Assembly: GCF_006345805.1 (NCBI RefSeq)
Contig: NC_043004.1
Location: forward strand, 744,001 to 808,000
Direction: 5' to 3'
Length of the DNA stretch: 64,000 nucleotides
From: Octopus sinensis
Lineage: Eukaryota
This document shows positions 23,615-37,707 of this stretch, piece by piece. The notes under the pieces are model-generated. The model was not told the DNA's origin. It did no database searches and was given only the letters and a program-made list of their open reading frames with translations. Numbering within the stretch: the first letter of the stretch is position 1; each line of letters begins with the position of its first letter. The translations under genes and the position numbers were made by a program.

Positions 23615-24602
23615 CTAATACAGTTGTAGATTGGTAACAATCATAAATCAAACCTGTGTATATAGGCATCCCAGCCTCGACCACCCTGTCTCTGTTTCTT
23701 TGTATATAGGTTTACCCAGTCCGGTGTGCCAGTCTAGCTTCAAGGCAAGTGCAGTGTGATTTGATAAAATTTGGCTGCTATTTCTGTTGGTAAAACGGCC
23801 GCCAGACGGCCCTCGTGAGTTATATACATAGACTATTTGTCAACAGTAGCGGCCATTGCTAAGTTAAAGGAAATCTAAGAAAGGGCTTTTTTTTGTTGGT
23901 TTTTTTTTTTTGTGGTCATCATATCTTCCAATAAATCTTAAAGGAAGATATCGAAGGACCATGTATTTTATTAACTTCTCGTCATTAACCGTCACGAATA
24001 GATCAACGAGTGCAACATTTATGGCACAGATATCAATATTATACATATCTATTTTCATTTGAACTAAACTCGCCTATCTACTTTTCAACCATACTTCACT
24101 CTGCACCTCTCCCCTCTCTCTCTCAACCTGTCTGCACTCCATTTTATTTCTCTTCAAATGCCATGTCTATAAATGTCAGTTATCATGGACCTTCATTCCC
24201 AAAACCTGAAGATTCATGAATTTCCATGGAAATATACAACTATGGCTTCCGATTGACTTCCGCCAGTTATTTCGTTGATTCAGCTGGTCCCTCACTCTCC
24301 CGAGTTTGCCATTCAAGTACAGAATCTGTTTAACCCTTACGTGATATCAGGACGCCTTAGATTCACACACCGCTGAGCCTAAGACATTCATGTCTTTTGG
24401 CCAAGTTTATTCCGAGTCTAGTATTCCTTAGCTACAGGTCCAGCTTTTGTTATTTGACCATTAACCAATGCCTTTAACAGGTTCTACTTCGCCGAGTGGG
24501 GACTAAGGGGGTACATCTATATTTTCCAAAAATTCGGAATTCCCAAGCTAGAACCTTGCTATCGAATGCAGTTTGTCTTGCACAGAAGACTCTTCACCCG
24601 CT

Positions 24603-24915
24603 GGCACTCCGTCGGTTGTGACGACGAGGTTTCTCAGTTGATCCGATTAACGGAACAACCTTCTCGTGAAATTAAGGTGCAAGTGGCTGAGCACTCCATA
24701 GACACACGCTTACCTTTTAACATGTAACTCTTAACGTAGGTATGAAGGAGATTCAACGTGACGCAGAATACGACAAGGCTGGCCCCTTAAATTACTGGTA
24801 CAACTCATTTTTATTTCCAGACGAGTGGACTGGATGAAAGTGAAATTAAGTGTCTTGTTCAAGGACCTTATCATCGTGAGCTGAGTACCCTGACCCCTAA
24901 GCCACGCGCCTTCGT
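24603..24915 (-). mobile_element. SINE family C variant
   Basis: Aligns with 8068-8392. Confidence 0.8.
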
Positions 24916-25377
24916 ATGTTTTCATACTCACACAAACACACACACACACACACAACACAAACACACACAAACATGCACGCACATACACACACACTTATGC
25001 ACATACACAGAGACAAACATACACATATAGAGCTACACATAAGCACACACGAACCAGTGAGGGAGTGTCTGTGTGGTGGCTGAACTTTAAATTAAAAGGC
25101 TAATCTAGTCTTAGACATAACGTTCCTTAATAAATTACTAAATGGTCAGTCATAAATCTGTTTGAAAAGTGTTACCCTGGGGCTTAACAACAACAACAAC
25201 AGACCTAGCATGCAAATTGTTCTTAGATCGATTTAAGTCCAATGCTCTCTCTCTCTCTCTCTCTCTCTCTCCTGTCTGTGCTTTGAACGTCCAATGCTGG
25301 AGCTCAAAGAAAGATCAAATTGAAAATTAGACAAATATCACACGTTCCCCACGATTACCTTCTTCGAATACAGCCAC

Positions 25378-25553
25378 CACTACCACCATCACCATCACCA
25401 GCACCACCAACACCAGCAGCAGCAGCAGCACCACCACCACCACCACCACCACCACCACCACCACCATCGCCATCACCACCGTCAACTTTACCACCACCGC
25501 ATTACCACTACAATCATCAGCACTACCACCGACACCTGCACCACCACCTCACC

Positions 25554-25616
<63 letters not shown>

Positions 25617-25617
25617 G
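25378..25617. repeat. (CCA/CAG/CTA)n trinucleotide block
   Basis: Direct inspection. Confidence 0.9.
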
Positions 25618-25917
25618 CAAATACTGGGACTAAGATCTTGATCATATTACACTTGAGCACTCTAATTTCTCAATATCAGTTCGGGTTGCTAGTAGAGGGT
25701 CAGTGTACTAAGAAACCCTACCCACTATCTCTACTCCTTCCCTTTCTAGCGATTGGTATACAACCAAACGGACTCACCTCTGATGCGAAATGCAAATGCG
25801 TTAGACTGGATGTTTTATCGCTTGAATTCAGGTGCATGTGCGTACGTGACTTTTTCAACTAGAAAAATGAAGGCATAGTATGCAGATATACATATACATA
25901 TATATAAAGTTAGAATG

Positions 25918-25958
<41 letters not shown>

Positions 25959-26354
25959 CTTACAGGTGTAAAGTAAATGAAGTGTAAAAGTACCTTGACT
26001 TCTGATCTTTGTGGAGAAGAATATCGTTATTTGATTACATTGTACCTAGATGGCCTCTTCCACCACTACGTTCTTCAGCCGGCACATGTTGGGAAATCAA
26101 TCTGATTATAAACGATTTCTCACTATAATGCAAATATTTTGCTGATTTTGTTTAATCATACCTGTTAATTGATCTGTCGGTCAGCCAGTTTGAAATGCTA
26201 AGTTTCTGAAGTGATGAGCTTTCAGGATTTTCGGTGATCTAAAATGACATGCTTTGAAGTTACTCTGTCTAAGATGATATCCTTTGAAGATCTTCTGTTG
26301 CATTTTTGTGACGATTTAACCCTCTGGCCGTTGTTAACTTGATCCAAAGAAGCT

Positions 26355-26805
26355 TGTACTTACTTGTACTTGTGACGGCGTTCACCCAGGGCGGGTTGAG
26401 CCGGCTTCTTCTCTGGTCCTAACGGCATCATGAACCCTAAAGTCCAACCTCTCCTCAAAGCGGTAGGGTGGTGTAAACGGGCAGTGTCAGAACTATGCCG
26501 TCGGGAACTTCGGTTCCTGATAGGACCACCCAAGGCCGATTGGTCTGGCACCGAGTGGTATAAGGTGAAAAATTCCAAGAGGCCTCTAATCGGCAACCGG
26601 CGGCTTCAAGGTCGTTCTGTCCCTGCGTCTGTGAAGACGCCGCGGCAAATAGGGCGTCCCTTCACTCGGGATATGCATGCGGGATGTCGGGGACCGCTTG
26701 TGAATTCAATATTCCCACGAAACTTCTATGAATCCTACAACTACCATGGCAAGGAAAGGTGCATCCTCACGTATATTTTGTCCAGAAATATAGGATGTTA
26801 AACTG
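26355..26805 (+). mobile_element. GC-rich non-coding element resembling an RTE 5' UTR (probable non-autonomous derivative)
   Basis: gaactatgccgtcgggaacttcggttcctgataggaccaccca resembles RTE/Expander-type 5' UTRs. Several hairpins and a (cttgta)-type repeat at the left flank. Strand uncertain. Confidence 0.45.
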
Positions 26806-27155
26806 AAGGAAACAAAGGCATAAACGTTATGAAAAAAACTTAATTCTTACTTCAATCGTACACTCTGTCACTAAACTATACTTCCACTGATGATGCAATC
26901 TCTTTGTTGGATCTAATTGTTAAATCTCTCTCAAATTCATAACTTAATGTTTGTGATTTATTTTTAAAGAAAGGAAGGATATAACGTTCAGAGGTGTGGA
27001 AGCAAGAAATGCAAGCGAATGGGAACCTGGCGGAAGAATCTCGGAAGGAGACGAAGAAAATGCAAGGGAAAATAAAACAACGAAGAATAACATGAACGAT
27101 CACCTCGAGTATTGTTTATTCTGCAAAGTGATCGGTCAATATCTGGGAAATGAAC

Positions 27156-27385
27156 GGCGAGCTGGCAGAAACATTAGCAGGCCGGGTGAAATGCTTAGCG
27201 GTATTTCGTTTGCCGTTACGTTCTGAGTTCAAATTCCGCCGAGGTCAACTTTGCCTTTCATCCTTTCGGGGTCGACAAATTAAGTACCAGTTACGCACTG
27301 GGGTCGATATAATCGACTTAATCCGTTTGTCTGTCCTTGTTTGTCCCCTCTATGTTTAGCCCCTTGTGGGTAATAAAGAAATAAG
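27156..27385 (+). mobile_element. SINE family B (GCCTTTCATCCTTTCGGGGTCGATAAA core, Nin/Deu-like)
   Basis: Full monomer with head ggcgagctggcaga. Confidence 0.9.
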
Positions 27386-27392
27386 AATTTGT

Positions 27393-27495
27393 GAAGGCGC
27401 GTGGCTTAGTGGTTAGGGCATTCGACTCGCGATTGTAATGTAGTGAGTTCGATTCCCGGCGATGCGTTGTGTCCTTGAGCAAGTCACTTTATTTC
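27393..27495 (+). mobile_element. SINE family C head + core
   Basis: A box tggcttagtggttag and B box gttcgattcc. Confidence 0.85.
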
Positions 27496-27499
27496 AATA

Positions 27500-27885
27500 A
27501 GGTGGTGAGCTGGCAGAATCGTTAGCACTCCGGGCGAAATGCTTAGCGGTATTTCGTCTGCTATAACGTTCTGAGTTCAAATTCTGCCGAGGTCGACTTT
27601 GCCTTTCATCCTTTCGGGGTCGATAAATTAAGTACCAGTTGCGCACTTGGGTCGAAGTAATCGACTTAATCCGTTTGTCTCTTCTATGTTTAGCCCCTTG
27701 TAGGTAGTAAAAAAATAGGTATTTTGTCTGTCTACATTCTGAGTTCAAATTCCACCGAGGTCGACTTTGCCTTTCATCCTTTCGGGGTCGATAAATTGAA
27801 TACCAGTTGCGTACTGCGGTCGATCTAATTGACTAGCCCTGTCCCCCAAAATTTCAGACCTTGTGCCTAGAGTAGAAAAGAATAT
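27500..27885 (+). mobile_element. SINE family B head-to-tail dimer
   Basis: The second monomer starts at ggtattttgtctg (about 27718). Confidence 0.88.
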
Positions 27886-29470
27886 CTAGGAAATAACTTC
27901 GAGAATTATAGACTAAAGAAACTGATACAGCATGCAGAAGAATAGCAAAGTCTAGAAAATTCAGGAAAAAGTTGGCATTCTCTAGGTGACGGGTTTAAGA
28001 TCAAAGACGGGTTCACGGTGACAGACAAAGGGGATATATAAGAGGTACGAAATGCTTTCTACACCGATCTTTTTAAATCATCAGTCAAGCTCGATTCTCC
28101 AGCGCCACAAATTTTGAAAGAAGTGTCACCTATTCTGGTCAGTGAAATTGAAAATGCTCTCAAACTGATGAAAATGCTCTCAAACTGATGAAAGAAGACC
28201 AAGCCCCGGGAAAGGATGGCACCATAGCAACAGAGATATTGAGGCGTGGAGGTGAAGAGCTGTGGAAAATCTTCGATATACGCTTTAATCGCTATCTGAA
28301 GGAGAATAAAATACACTCACTTTGTAAAAAGTCGAATACCCTCTTACCTTATAAGAAGGGTGGTAAAGATTTAAGAAACTATCGACCCATATGTCTCTTT
28401 CTCACCTCTATAAGCTGTTTAGGAAAGGTCATAGCTGCCAAATTAGCGAAACACATCAATGACTTGCAGGTTTCCGTAAGAACTAGTACGGTGTATTGCA
28501 TATTCACTCTAACAAATTTATTAGAGCGAGCGAATGGTTACACCCTGACTTTATGCATTACTTTCGTTTACTACGAAGAGGCTTTCGATAGCAACGAGAT
28601 GAAAATAAATCATTGGAAATGCAAGACTGCTCAGAGATGCAAACTCTGGATGCACTGCAATCGCCACTAGCAAGAGTTCAAACTGGGAAGGGCATCAAAC
28701 AATGAGATTCCATCCCTCCAAAGTTCTTCACTGCATGTCTAAAAAAAACTCACAGGTCAGTTGCAGACCATTCTGACAGGAGGCCTTAAAATGAACCGCA
28801 TGAGAACAAAATACCTATAGTTCAAAGACATAACACACGGCCGAATAGAAGTGGCAAACGATGGAATCGAAGAGGTAAAGGAGTAAGATACGCTTATTCA
28901 TGGAACCCAGTGAATATGCGCAGAGATAAGGATGCTGAAATCTCGAAGAGAATAATGGCAAGATGGAAGGCGTTAACCGCAATGAAGGATGTACTCAAAG
29001 CAAAGCTGAACAAGACCGTGCGTGCCAGACACTTCAGTAGCACCGCCCTACCTGCACTCTTATACGAAAGTGAAATGGTGGCTACTAGGAAGAGAGAAGG
29101 ACATCGATTGGGTGTGACCCAAAGGATCGTGGAAAAATCTATGCAGGGAATAGGACTACAAGAGCATGTTTGAATGAAATGATTCGAGGATGGAAAGGAG
29201 TGAAAGATGTGATCACAGAGTACCGAAAGCACAAGTTCCGCTGGACCGGACATGTCGCAAGTTTCACAAACAATAGCTGGACCTGTGCAGTTGCCGATTG
29301 GTATCGTAAAGATTGAGAAAAGCTCCTTGGAAGGCCTCCAGGACGATGGGAAGACGATGTAGTTAAGCGATTTGGAACAAGATGGAAAAGAATGGGGCGA
29401 TAGAATTTGAAGGGCATTGTGATCATCGGTGTACAACAACATCCGATAGTCTGGTCACTAGAGTGATACA
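27885..29470 (+). mobile_element. Decayed RTE-clade LINE (RT domain to 3' end)
   Basis: APGKDGTIATEILRRGGEELW, DLRNYRPICL, YEEAFDS, LLYESEM and KFRWTGHVA motifs. Many stops and frameshifts, apparent internal deletion around the YADD motif, 20-bp tandem duplication at about 28151-28190. Confidence 0.93.
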
Positions 29471-30231
29471 GTGATATATATTTACATTTGTATGTTTGCG
29501 TATATTAAATGTGTGAGTGTGTGTTTGCGTGTGTGCATGTGTATGTATGTAAGCATACACATACAGATGCAAAGTTGTCACCTCGAGCGTCCATTACTCG
29601 GGGTTTCACAGACACATATTTAATCAACCTAATGTCATGTGACATGAAAGGAAGATCTTCATTAGTCGTTGGGAAGCTTTGTTTTCATCACCCGAGACAA
29701 GTCACGTGATCAAAATTTATGCATATTTCTGGCATAAGACACTATGTAGCGGTTGTGGACGGCAAAGGTGCTATCAGGATTTAAGGGAAGCAACTTGGCG
29801 CGAATTAACTTAGCAGTGGACGTGAAAAACTTCAGCGCTCATTTCGAAATCTTCAGAGCTCATGGTTTATAGATTTGCCGAATTTTTATCATGTTTCAAA
29901 GTGTACATGAGTTGCACGTTTTAGGTTCATTAATGTACGACGTATTTCTCTCTAGGATTTTCCACCGAATATTAAATTTAGTTTTTGCATCATGCTCTTT
30001 AAATGCGAGATGTAACCGATATTTTGCAAAGTCATTTTCTCTCTGCCTTTCTTACTCATTCGTTAAGTAAGAAACACCTCCTTTTCTTGTGTTGCCTTTT
30101 GTTGTCTTTATTTTTCTCTGTCTTCGTATATTTGAGTGTGAATGTACATATACATACCAACATATACATATATATACATGCGTCTATATATGTGTTGAGG
30201 AGTGTCTATAAATGGATATAAATGTATATAT

Positions 30232-30432
30232 TAATAGAGGTCACAAAAGTGACGGAGGGTGCTGACTATTATCGCTTATGCTAAAATAAGAGTTAAATTA
30301 ACTCCAAAGCCATTAAAGCACTGTACTTTACTAAATGACTGACAAAATGGAGTAAGTCAGTAGCGTATATAGGCGTATCGCGATTTCGAATTTTGGTGTA
30401 GACCACCTTAATTCTCATCAGCGGCTCTTAAT
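30232..30432 (-). mobile_element. About 200-bp HHR-bearing repeat between microsatellites
   Basis: Carries the HHR at 30371-30426. Boundaries are set by the flanking TA/CATA tracts. Confidence 0.55.
30371..30426 (-). ncRNA. Near-intact type I hammerhead ribozyme
   Basis: Minus strand: agccg-CTGATGA-gaatt aa ggtg gtcta cacc aa aattc-GAAA-T[CGCG]A-TA/cgcct. Stem I 4/5, stem II 5+4 bp. Confidence 0.78.
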
Positions 30433-30634
30433 ACATACACACATACATACATGCATACATACATACATACATACATACATACATACATACATACATACAT
30501 ACACACACATACACACACACACACACACACATGCAGATATATTACATATTTATTTACATATTTATTTATATGCGTACATGCATATACATATATGCACACA
30601 AAGATACACGCATATATATATATATATTTATATA

Positions 30635-30800
30635 TATAGGGGGAGAATTCACGAAAAAAACCCAAAAGACGAAGACAGGTGGTGTAGAAAACAAACAAAT
30701 ATATTAGTATAACGCTCGGGAATTGAAAAAGGCTTTAACGTTTCGAGCCTACGCTCTTCCACAGAAAGGAACACAGAAAGAAACAAAGAGAGAAACAAGG
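30635..30800 (-). repeat. Repeat with variant HHR-like motif
   Basis: Minus 30731-30768: cttt-CTGTGGA-a-gagc gtag gctc-GAAA-cg-TT/aaag. The core deviates at A6. Confidence 0.55.
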
Positions 30801-30842
30801 AGAGAAAAGTGTGTGTAGTGGCTACCGATCTATCATGGCGAA

Positions 30843-30929
<87 letters not shown>

Positions 30930-31249
30930 CATGTGTGTGTGTGTGTGTGTATATAAAAAATATATGCTAAAATTGCGGAGAGCACAAACTGACATTGACT
31001 TCTTGTCTTTTATAATTACGTATTTCTCCACGATACCTTAAGCATTATTCGATTGTCCCATAACTTAACCCTTTTTTAAAAGAAAAGAACTGCAACTTTT
31101 TTCACGAACTAAGGATTATTGAACAAAAGTTTTCAATACATTTGTACTGGGTCTTATTTCTCTGTAGAAAATTGTTAATCTGAAAGGAAACTATTCAGCT
31201 CGGGCAAGAAGGTTTTTAAAAAGTTGTACACTTTGTAAAACCTCAGAGT

Positions 31250-31635
31250 CGTCACATGACAGGGTAAACACTTCCTTGTGCTGTGAATTTATGAACTGGA
31301 GTGATCTTGTCATGAATGACCATAGGGTTGCACTAGAAAGCTCCCTTCTTAGGCATAAGTTTTGGACAGAGTTGTTTTATGGAAGACCAACAGTCGCCCA
31401 TGCATACCAGCCTCCTCTCTCCCCGCCACCGATGTTATCCAAGGGAAAGGCAAAGGGGCCGATACAGCTTGGCCCCAGTGACATCGCAACTCGTGTCTAC
31501 AGCTGAGTGAACTGGAACAACGTGAAATAAAGTGACTTACTCAAGAACACAACACACTACCCGGTCCGGGAATCGAACTCACTACTGCATGATTGAGAGC
31601 CCGACGCTCTAACCACTGAGTTACGCGCCCTCACT
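31250..31635 (-). mobile_element. SINE family C variant with a distinct tail
   Basis: tRNA-like head at the right end; core cagctgagtgaactggaacaacgtgaaataaag. Confidence 0.8.
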
Positions 31636-31773
31636 TTTCCCGTTTGCCCTTTACTCTAGGGTGATCTTGTGCATGGTCGTTGGGTTTATAACGTCCAATC
31701 ATTCTGTTTTTGTTTATTTTTTAACTGTGTCATGAAACTATTAGTAATGATGTACTAATTCTTACACGGATTA

Positions 31774-32224
31774 GGCGTGGCTGAGTGGTAAGAAGTTTGC
31801 TTCCCAACCACGTGTTTCTGGTTCAGTCTCATTGTGTGACACCTTGGAAAAGTGACTTTTACTTTAGCCTCCGGCCGACTGAAGCTCTATGGGTGGTTTG
31901 GGAGATGGAAATTAAAAGAAGCTCGTCGTATACATACATACATACATACATACATACATACATACATACATACATACGTACATACGTACATACATACATA
32001 CATGTGTGTGTGTTTCCTTGTGTCTGTGTTTGTCCCCACCATCACTTGACAACCGGTGTTGCAGTGTTTGCGTCCTCGTAACTTGGCGGATCGGAAAAAT
32101 TGTTCGATAGAATAAGTGCCAGCGTTAAAAAAGATAAGTCCTGGGGTTGATTCATTCGACTAACAATTCTTCAAGGCGGTGTCCCAGCGTGGCCGCAGTC
32201 TAATGACTGAAACAAGTAAAAGAT
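31774..32224 (+). mobile_element. SINE family A, full length
   Basis: Head, core, internal (CATA)n and tail. Confidence 0.9.
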
Positions 32225-32227
32225 ACA

Positions 32228-33445
32228 CCTCGTGACAAAGACCCTCAACAGGATGATCCTTACCAGGATCCAGCCCGAGATGGAGAAGCTCAGGGACAAT
32301 CAGATAACTTCAGAGAGGGAAGATCAACCACCAGTCACATCCTAATGCTGAGGAGGATATTAGAGGGAGCTAGATCAAAGAGTCTTCCTGCTGGCAAGGT
32401 TTTCATTGACTTTAGGAAGGCCTTTGATACTGTGGATCGCCACTGCCCGATGAAGATCTTACAGGCTTATGGAATCCCCAAGAAAATTGTGCACCTGATG
32501 TCACGGCTCTACACCAATACCAGAGCCCAAGCCATTACATCTGAGTTCTTTGAGATACTGGCTGGAGTGCTTCATAGAGATACATTGGCTCCCTACCTTT
32601 TTATTGTCGTGGTGGACTATTATATGCGCCTTGCATTGGAGAAACACCAGGACTCTGGATTGACTGTAGTGCCGGTTCAGGGCAGGAGGATTAAGGCTAA
32701 ACAGATATCAGATGCTGAATTTGCTGACGACACAGTGAGGAAAGCTGGCAAACACAGTGAGGAAAGCAGAGGAGTTGATGTAAGAGGTGGAGACTGTGTC
32801 GATGAGTGTGGGGCTGAAAATGAATAAAAATAAGACGAAGTATCTAGTAGAAAACATTAAGAAGCCGAAGAAGATTATGAATACAAGCGGAAAGCCACTA
32901 GGGTTGGTTGAGGACTTGCTTTATCTGGGAGCAAAGACTGGGAACAGAGAGGGTGATATAGTTGAGAGGAAGAGCAAAGTCTAGGCGGCATGTCACAGTT
33001 TGAGATCTGTATGGAAAAACCTGGAGATCCGCCTCTCCGTTGCTGCAGTGGAACATGTGCTGTTGTACGGGTCTGAGACTTGGATATTGTTCAAGGAACT
33101 CACTCACATGGTAGATGGGTGCTACATGAGAATGCTGAGGATGGCTCTGAACGTAAATCAGTATATACTGAGGATAAGGAACTCAGAGCAGTACGGGAAC
33201 CTCCCAAAAGTTAGCTTTAAAATAACACAGAGGAGACTGAGGTTAGCTGGACATACTCATTGTCATTCAGAGTTGATACTGCACTCAGTACTCCTGCGGG
33301 AGCCCCTACACGGACACTAGAAGAGGGAGACCAAGGATGACATATGTTGATGCCCTAAGGACAGATACTGGTCTCTGGGAGACACAGGACATGGCATCAA
33401 TGATGAGGGACAAAGACCACTGGAGAGAAGTCGTCCATGGGTCTT
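32228..33445 (+). mobile_element. Decayed RTE-clade LINE, second family (RT domain to 3' end)
   Basis: FIDFRKAFDTVDR, GVLHRDTLAPYLF, EFADD, LLYLG, LLYGSETW and RRLRLAGH motifs, frameshifted. Confidence 0.93.
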
Positions 33446-33689
33446 GGGAATTTTACACGCTCTAAAAAGAAAATATATATCTAATTTCTTTCAATTACAA
33501 CTTGCAAAAAAAACACATAAAAGGTGACAAAATAGAGAAATCTAATAATGAGAGGTGAGTTGCTTAACTTCCCACAGATTCTATTTATACTTTTCTTGCT
33601 GGATTTCAGATGAAATAAATTTAGCAAAGTCATTGCATCCTTCTCCGCCTCCTTCTCACACCCCTATCCCTTCTCTCCACTTCTTTCCC

Positions 33690-34004
<315 letters not shown>

Positions 34005-34328
34005 AACAAACTGAGGGAAAGTGTTCCATGAAAGGGGTATGTTAAACATCCAACTCACTGGTACTTCAGTTGGGTACCATATAAATATTGGTATAATTCA
34101 GTAATAAAGATAAATTAAATATAGAGATATTCTATTGACAATCGAATAATTTAATTATATTACAAATATTACATTAAATACTATAAATAGTTTTTAATGT
34201 AATATTGTCATATAGATAAATAGATTATTGAATGTCAAAACAATATCTCCATATCCATTTTATCTTTATCGGTAAAAACGGTAAGATATATATATATGTG
34301 TGTATGTGTATATTTATATATGCGTGTG

Positions 34329-34439
<111 letters not shown>

Positions 34440-34449
34440 ACACGCAACG

Positions 34450-34605
34450 TGCTTCTCTCAGTACGCGGTCACCAAGTCCACTGACAAAGCTTGGTAGGCC
34501 TGGGCCTATAGTAGGAGACAATTTCCCAAGGTGCCATGCTGTGGGACTGAACCCGGAACCATGTGCTTGGGAAGCAGGCTTCTTGCCACACAGCCACACC
34601 TGTAC
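34450..34605 (-). mobile_element. SINE family A, 5' half
   Basis: Core and head alignment. Confidence 0.8.
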
Positions 34606-34689
34606 CTATGTTAATACTAATACACATAACAGGAAGATCAAATTGGTAGAGTTAATATTATGATACTATTTGCGAGTGCTAAACTGAAT

Positions 34690-36032
<1,343 letters not shown>

Positions 36033-36054
36033 TCTTTTACAGGGCTTAGAAAAA

Positions 36055-36181
36055 CTGAAGGACTGTTGCAATAAGTGCGTGAATCTGAAAGGGGGAATAT
36101 ATTGAATAAAATCATAATTAACTGATCCTCCTGTATTTTCTCTTACTCAAAGCCTGGAACTTTTCAACACCCTCTCGTATA
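36055..36181 (+). mobile_element. mariner 3' end relic
   Basis: KCVNLKGEYIE* followed by TIR-like aaagcctggaacttttcaacaccctctcg + TA. Confidence 0.8.
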
Positions 36182-36239
36182 TATGTACATAAGTACTCGT
36201 ATATATGTATGTTCGCATGCACATAATTATATACATGTT

Positions 36240-36535
36240 TGTTCCTTCTCAGCCACGCCTGGTTCACAGGGCCGGTTTCCCGGTTTCCTTGGCGTATAGG
36301 TTCCCCACCTGGACGGGACGCCGGTCCATCGCAGGTGAGCTGCAAGATGCAGAAGAAAAGAGTGAGAGAAGATTGTGGCGAAAGAGTCAGCAGAAGTCCG
36401 CCATTACTTTCTGCCGGAGCCGCGTGGAGCTTAGGTGTTTCGGTCATAAACACACACATCGCCTGGTCTGAGACTCGAACCCGCGATCCCTCGACCGTAA
36501 GTCCCCTGCTCAAATCACTAGGCTATGTGCCTCTA
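36240..36535 (-). mobile_element. tRNA-derived SINE (family C-related, different core)
   Basis: Minus head ggcacatagcctagtg...ggttcgagtc. The core is shared with 49045-49360. Confidence 0.8.
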
Positions 36536-37244
36536 CAATTGCATACATATAAAGTGTAAATTTTGTGTAGTGTTTGCAGTATATATTGTTTTAGCACTCC
36601 ACCTGAACATGGATTTTCTTTCACTGTTTCCCTGCCTGTCTGTGTGTCTGTCTCTGTCACTCTCTCTCCCTCCCCCCTCTCTCTCTCTCCCAGTACAACC
36701 TAAATCTCCCTATAATCACATTATCCACACCGTTGCTTTTCCCCAAGTCTTACACACGGTTGAACACAGCCATCCATGTCTAAGAAGTGGCTTAATGCCG
36801 GATAGAACACGGCTTCTCCTTCACGCTAGAATTACGGCGATTGTTCAAAGTGGCAGACATCTGGAGGTGATTATAACATTGAAATTCTAATATCTTTTGC
36901 CATTTCTCTAAACTGCCATTAAAAATTCGCATGAAGCGGAAAACTCGTTTCCTGTCAAACAACAAAATACTTTTGTTATTTTCCCCCGATCATGCTGTAT
37001 CATCGTGAGTTTTAGTATCAATGAATACCTCACTTTCACCTGTAATTATATATAATAGTAATAAAAGTAATTTGAATTGAATTGTATCATATCAATGTAC
37101 CTCAGACGATAGTCAAAAGAAAGACTTGCCAACTGCCGTCTCATTTGCCCTGTAAATAAATCTTAGGTAAAATGACTTGCAAAATTTAATAATAGATATA
37201 CCATATATGGTATTATTACTTGATTATTGTTGTTGCCATTCTTG

Positions 37245-37625
37245 TTTATACAACCTACATAGGGGATTGGTAGAATCGTTAGAGCTTTAGATAAAATGCA
37301 CTGGGTTATTTCGTTGTGACCTTTACTTCTTGAGTTCAAATCAGACCTGAATCGGCTTTTACCTTTCATAACTGAGTCGATTTTATGAACTACAACTTTT
37401 CTCCTAAAAGTGTGGTTTTGCGCTTACAATTGTGGGGGAAGAATCGTTCGAGCGTCGGAAAGATGGTGTATGGCATTTGTTTCAGAACCTTCTGTTATGA
37501 CTTCGAATCCTACATAGGGGGTCAACTTTTTATCTTTTCGGGGTCGATAAAATACAATACCATCAAATACTGGGGTAGCTGCAAACTACTAACCCACTTC
37601 CTTTAAATCTGTTGACCTCGGGCCA
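37245..37625 (+). mobile_element. Two degenerate SINE family B copies
   Basis: ctgagttcaaat and ttttcggggtcgataaaat remnants. Confidence 0.65.
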
Positions 37626-37631
37626 CAATTT

Positions 37632-37695
<64 letters not shown>

Positions 37696-37707
37696 TAATA
37701 ATAAAAT

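Noticed and set aside
24467-24516. 30-nt micro-exon candidate (FYFAEWGLR)
   Set aside because: Weak donor (gtacat) and too short to distinguish from chance.
27393-27470. tRNA genes at SINE heads (also 44400-44478, 49290-49360)
   Set aside because: A and B boxes are present but there is no complete cloverleaf; they continue into SINE core domains.
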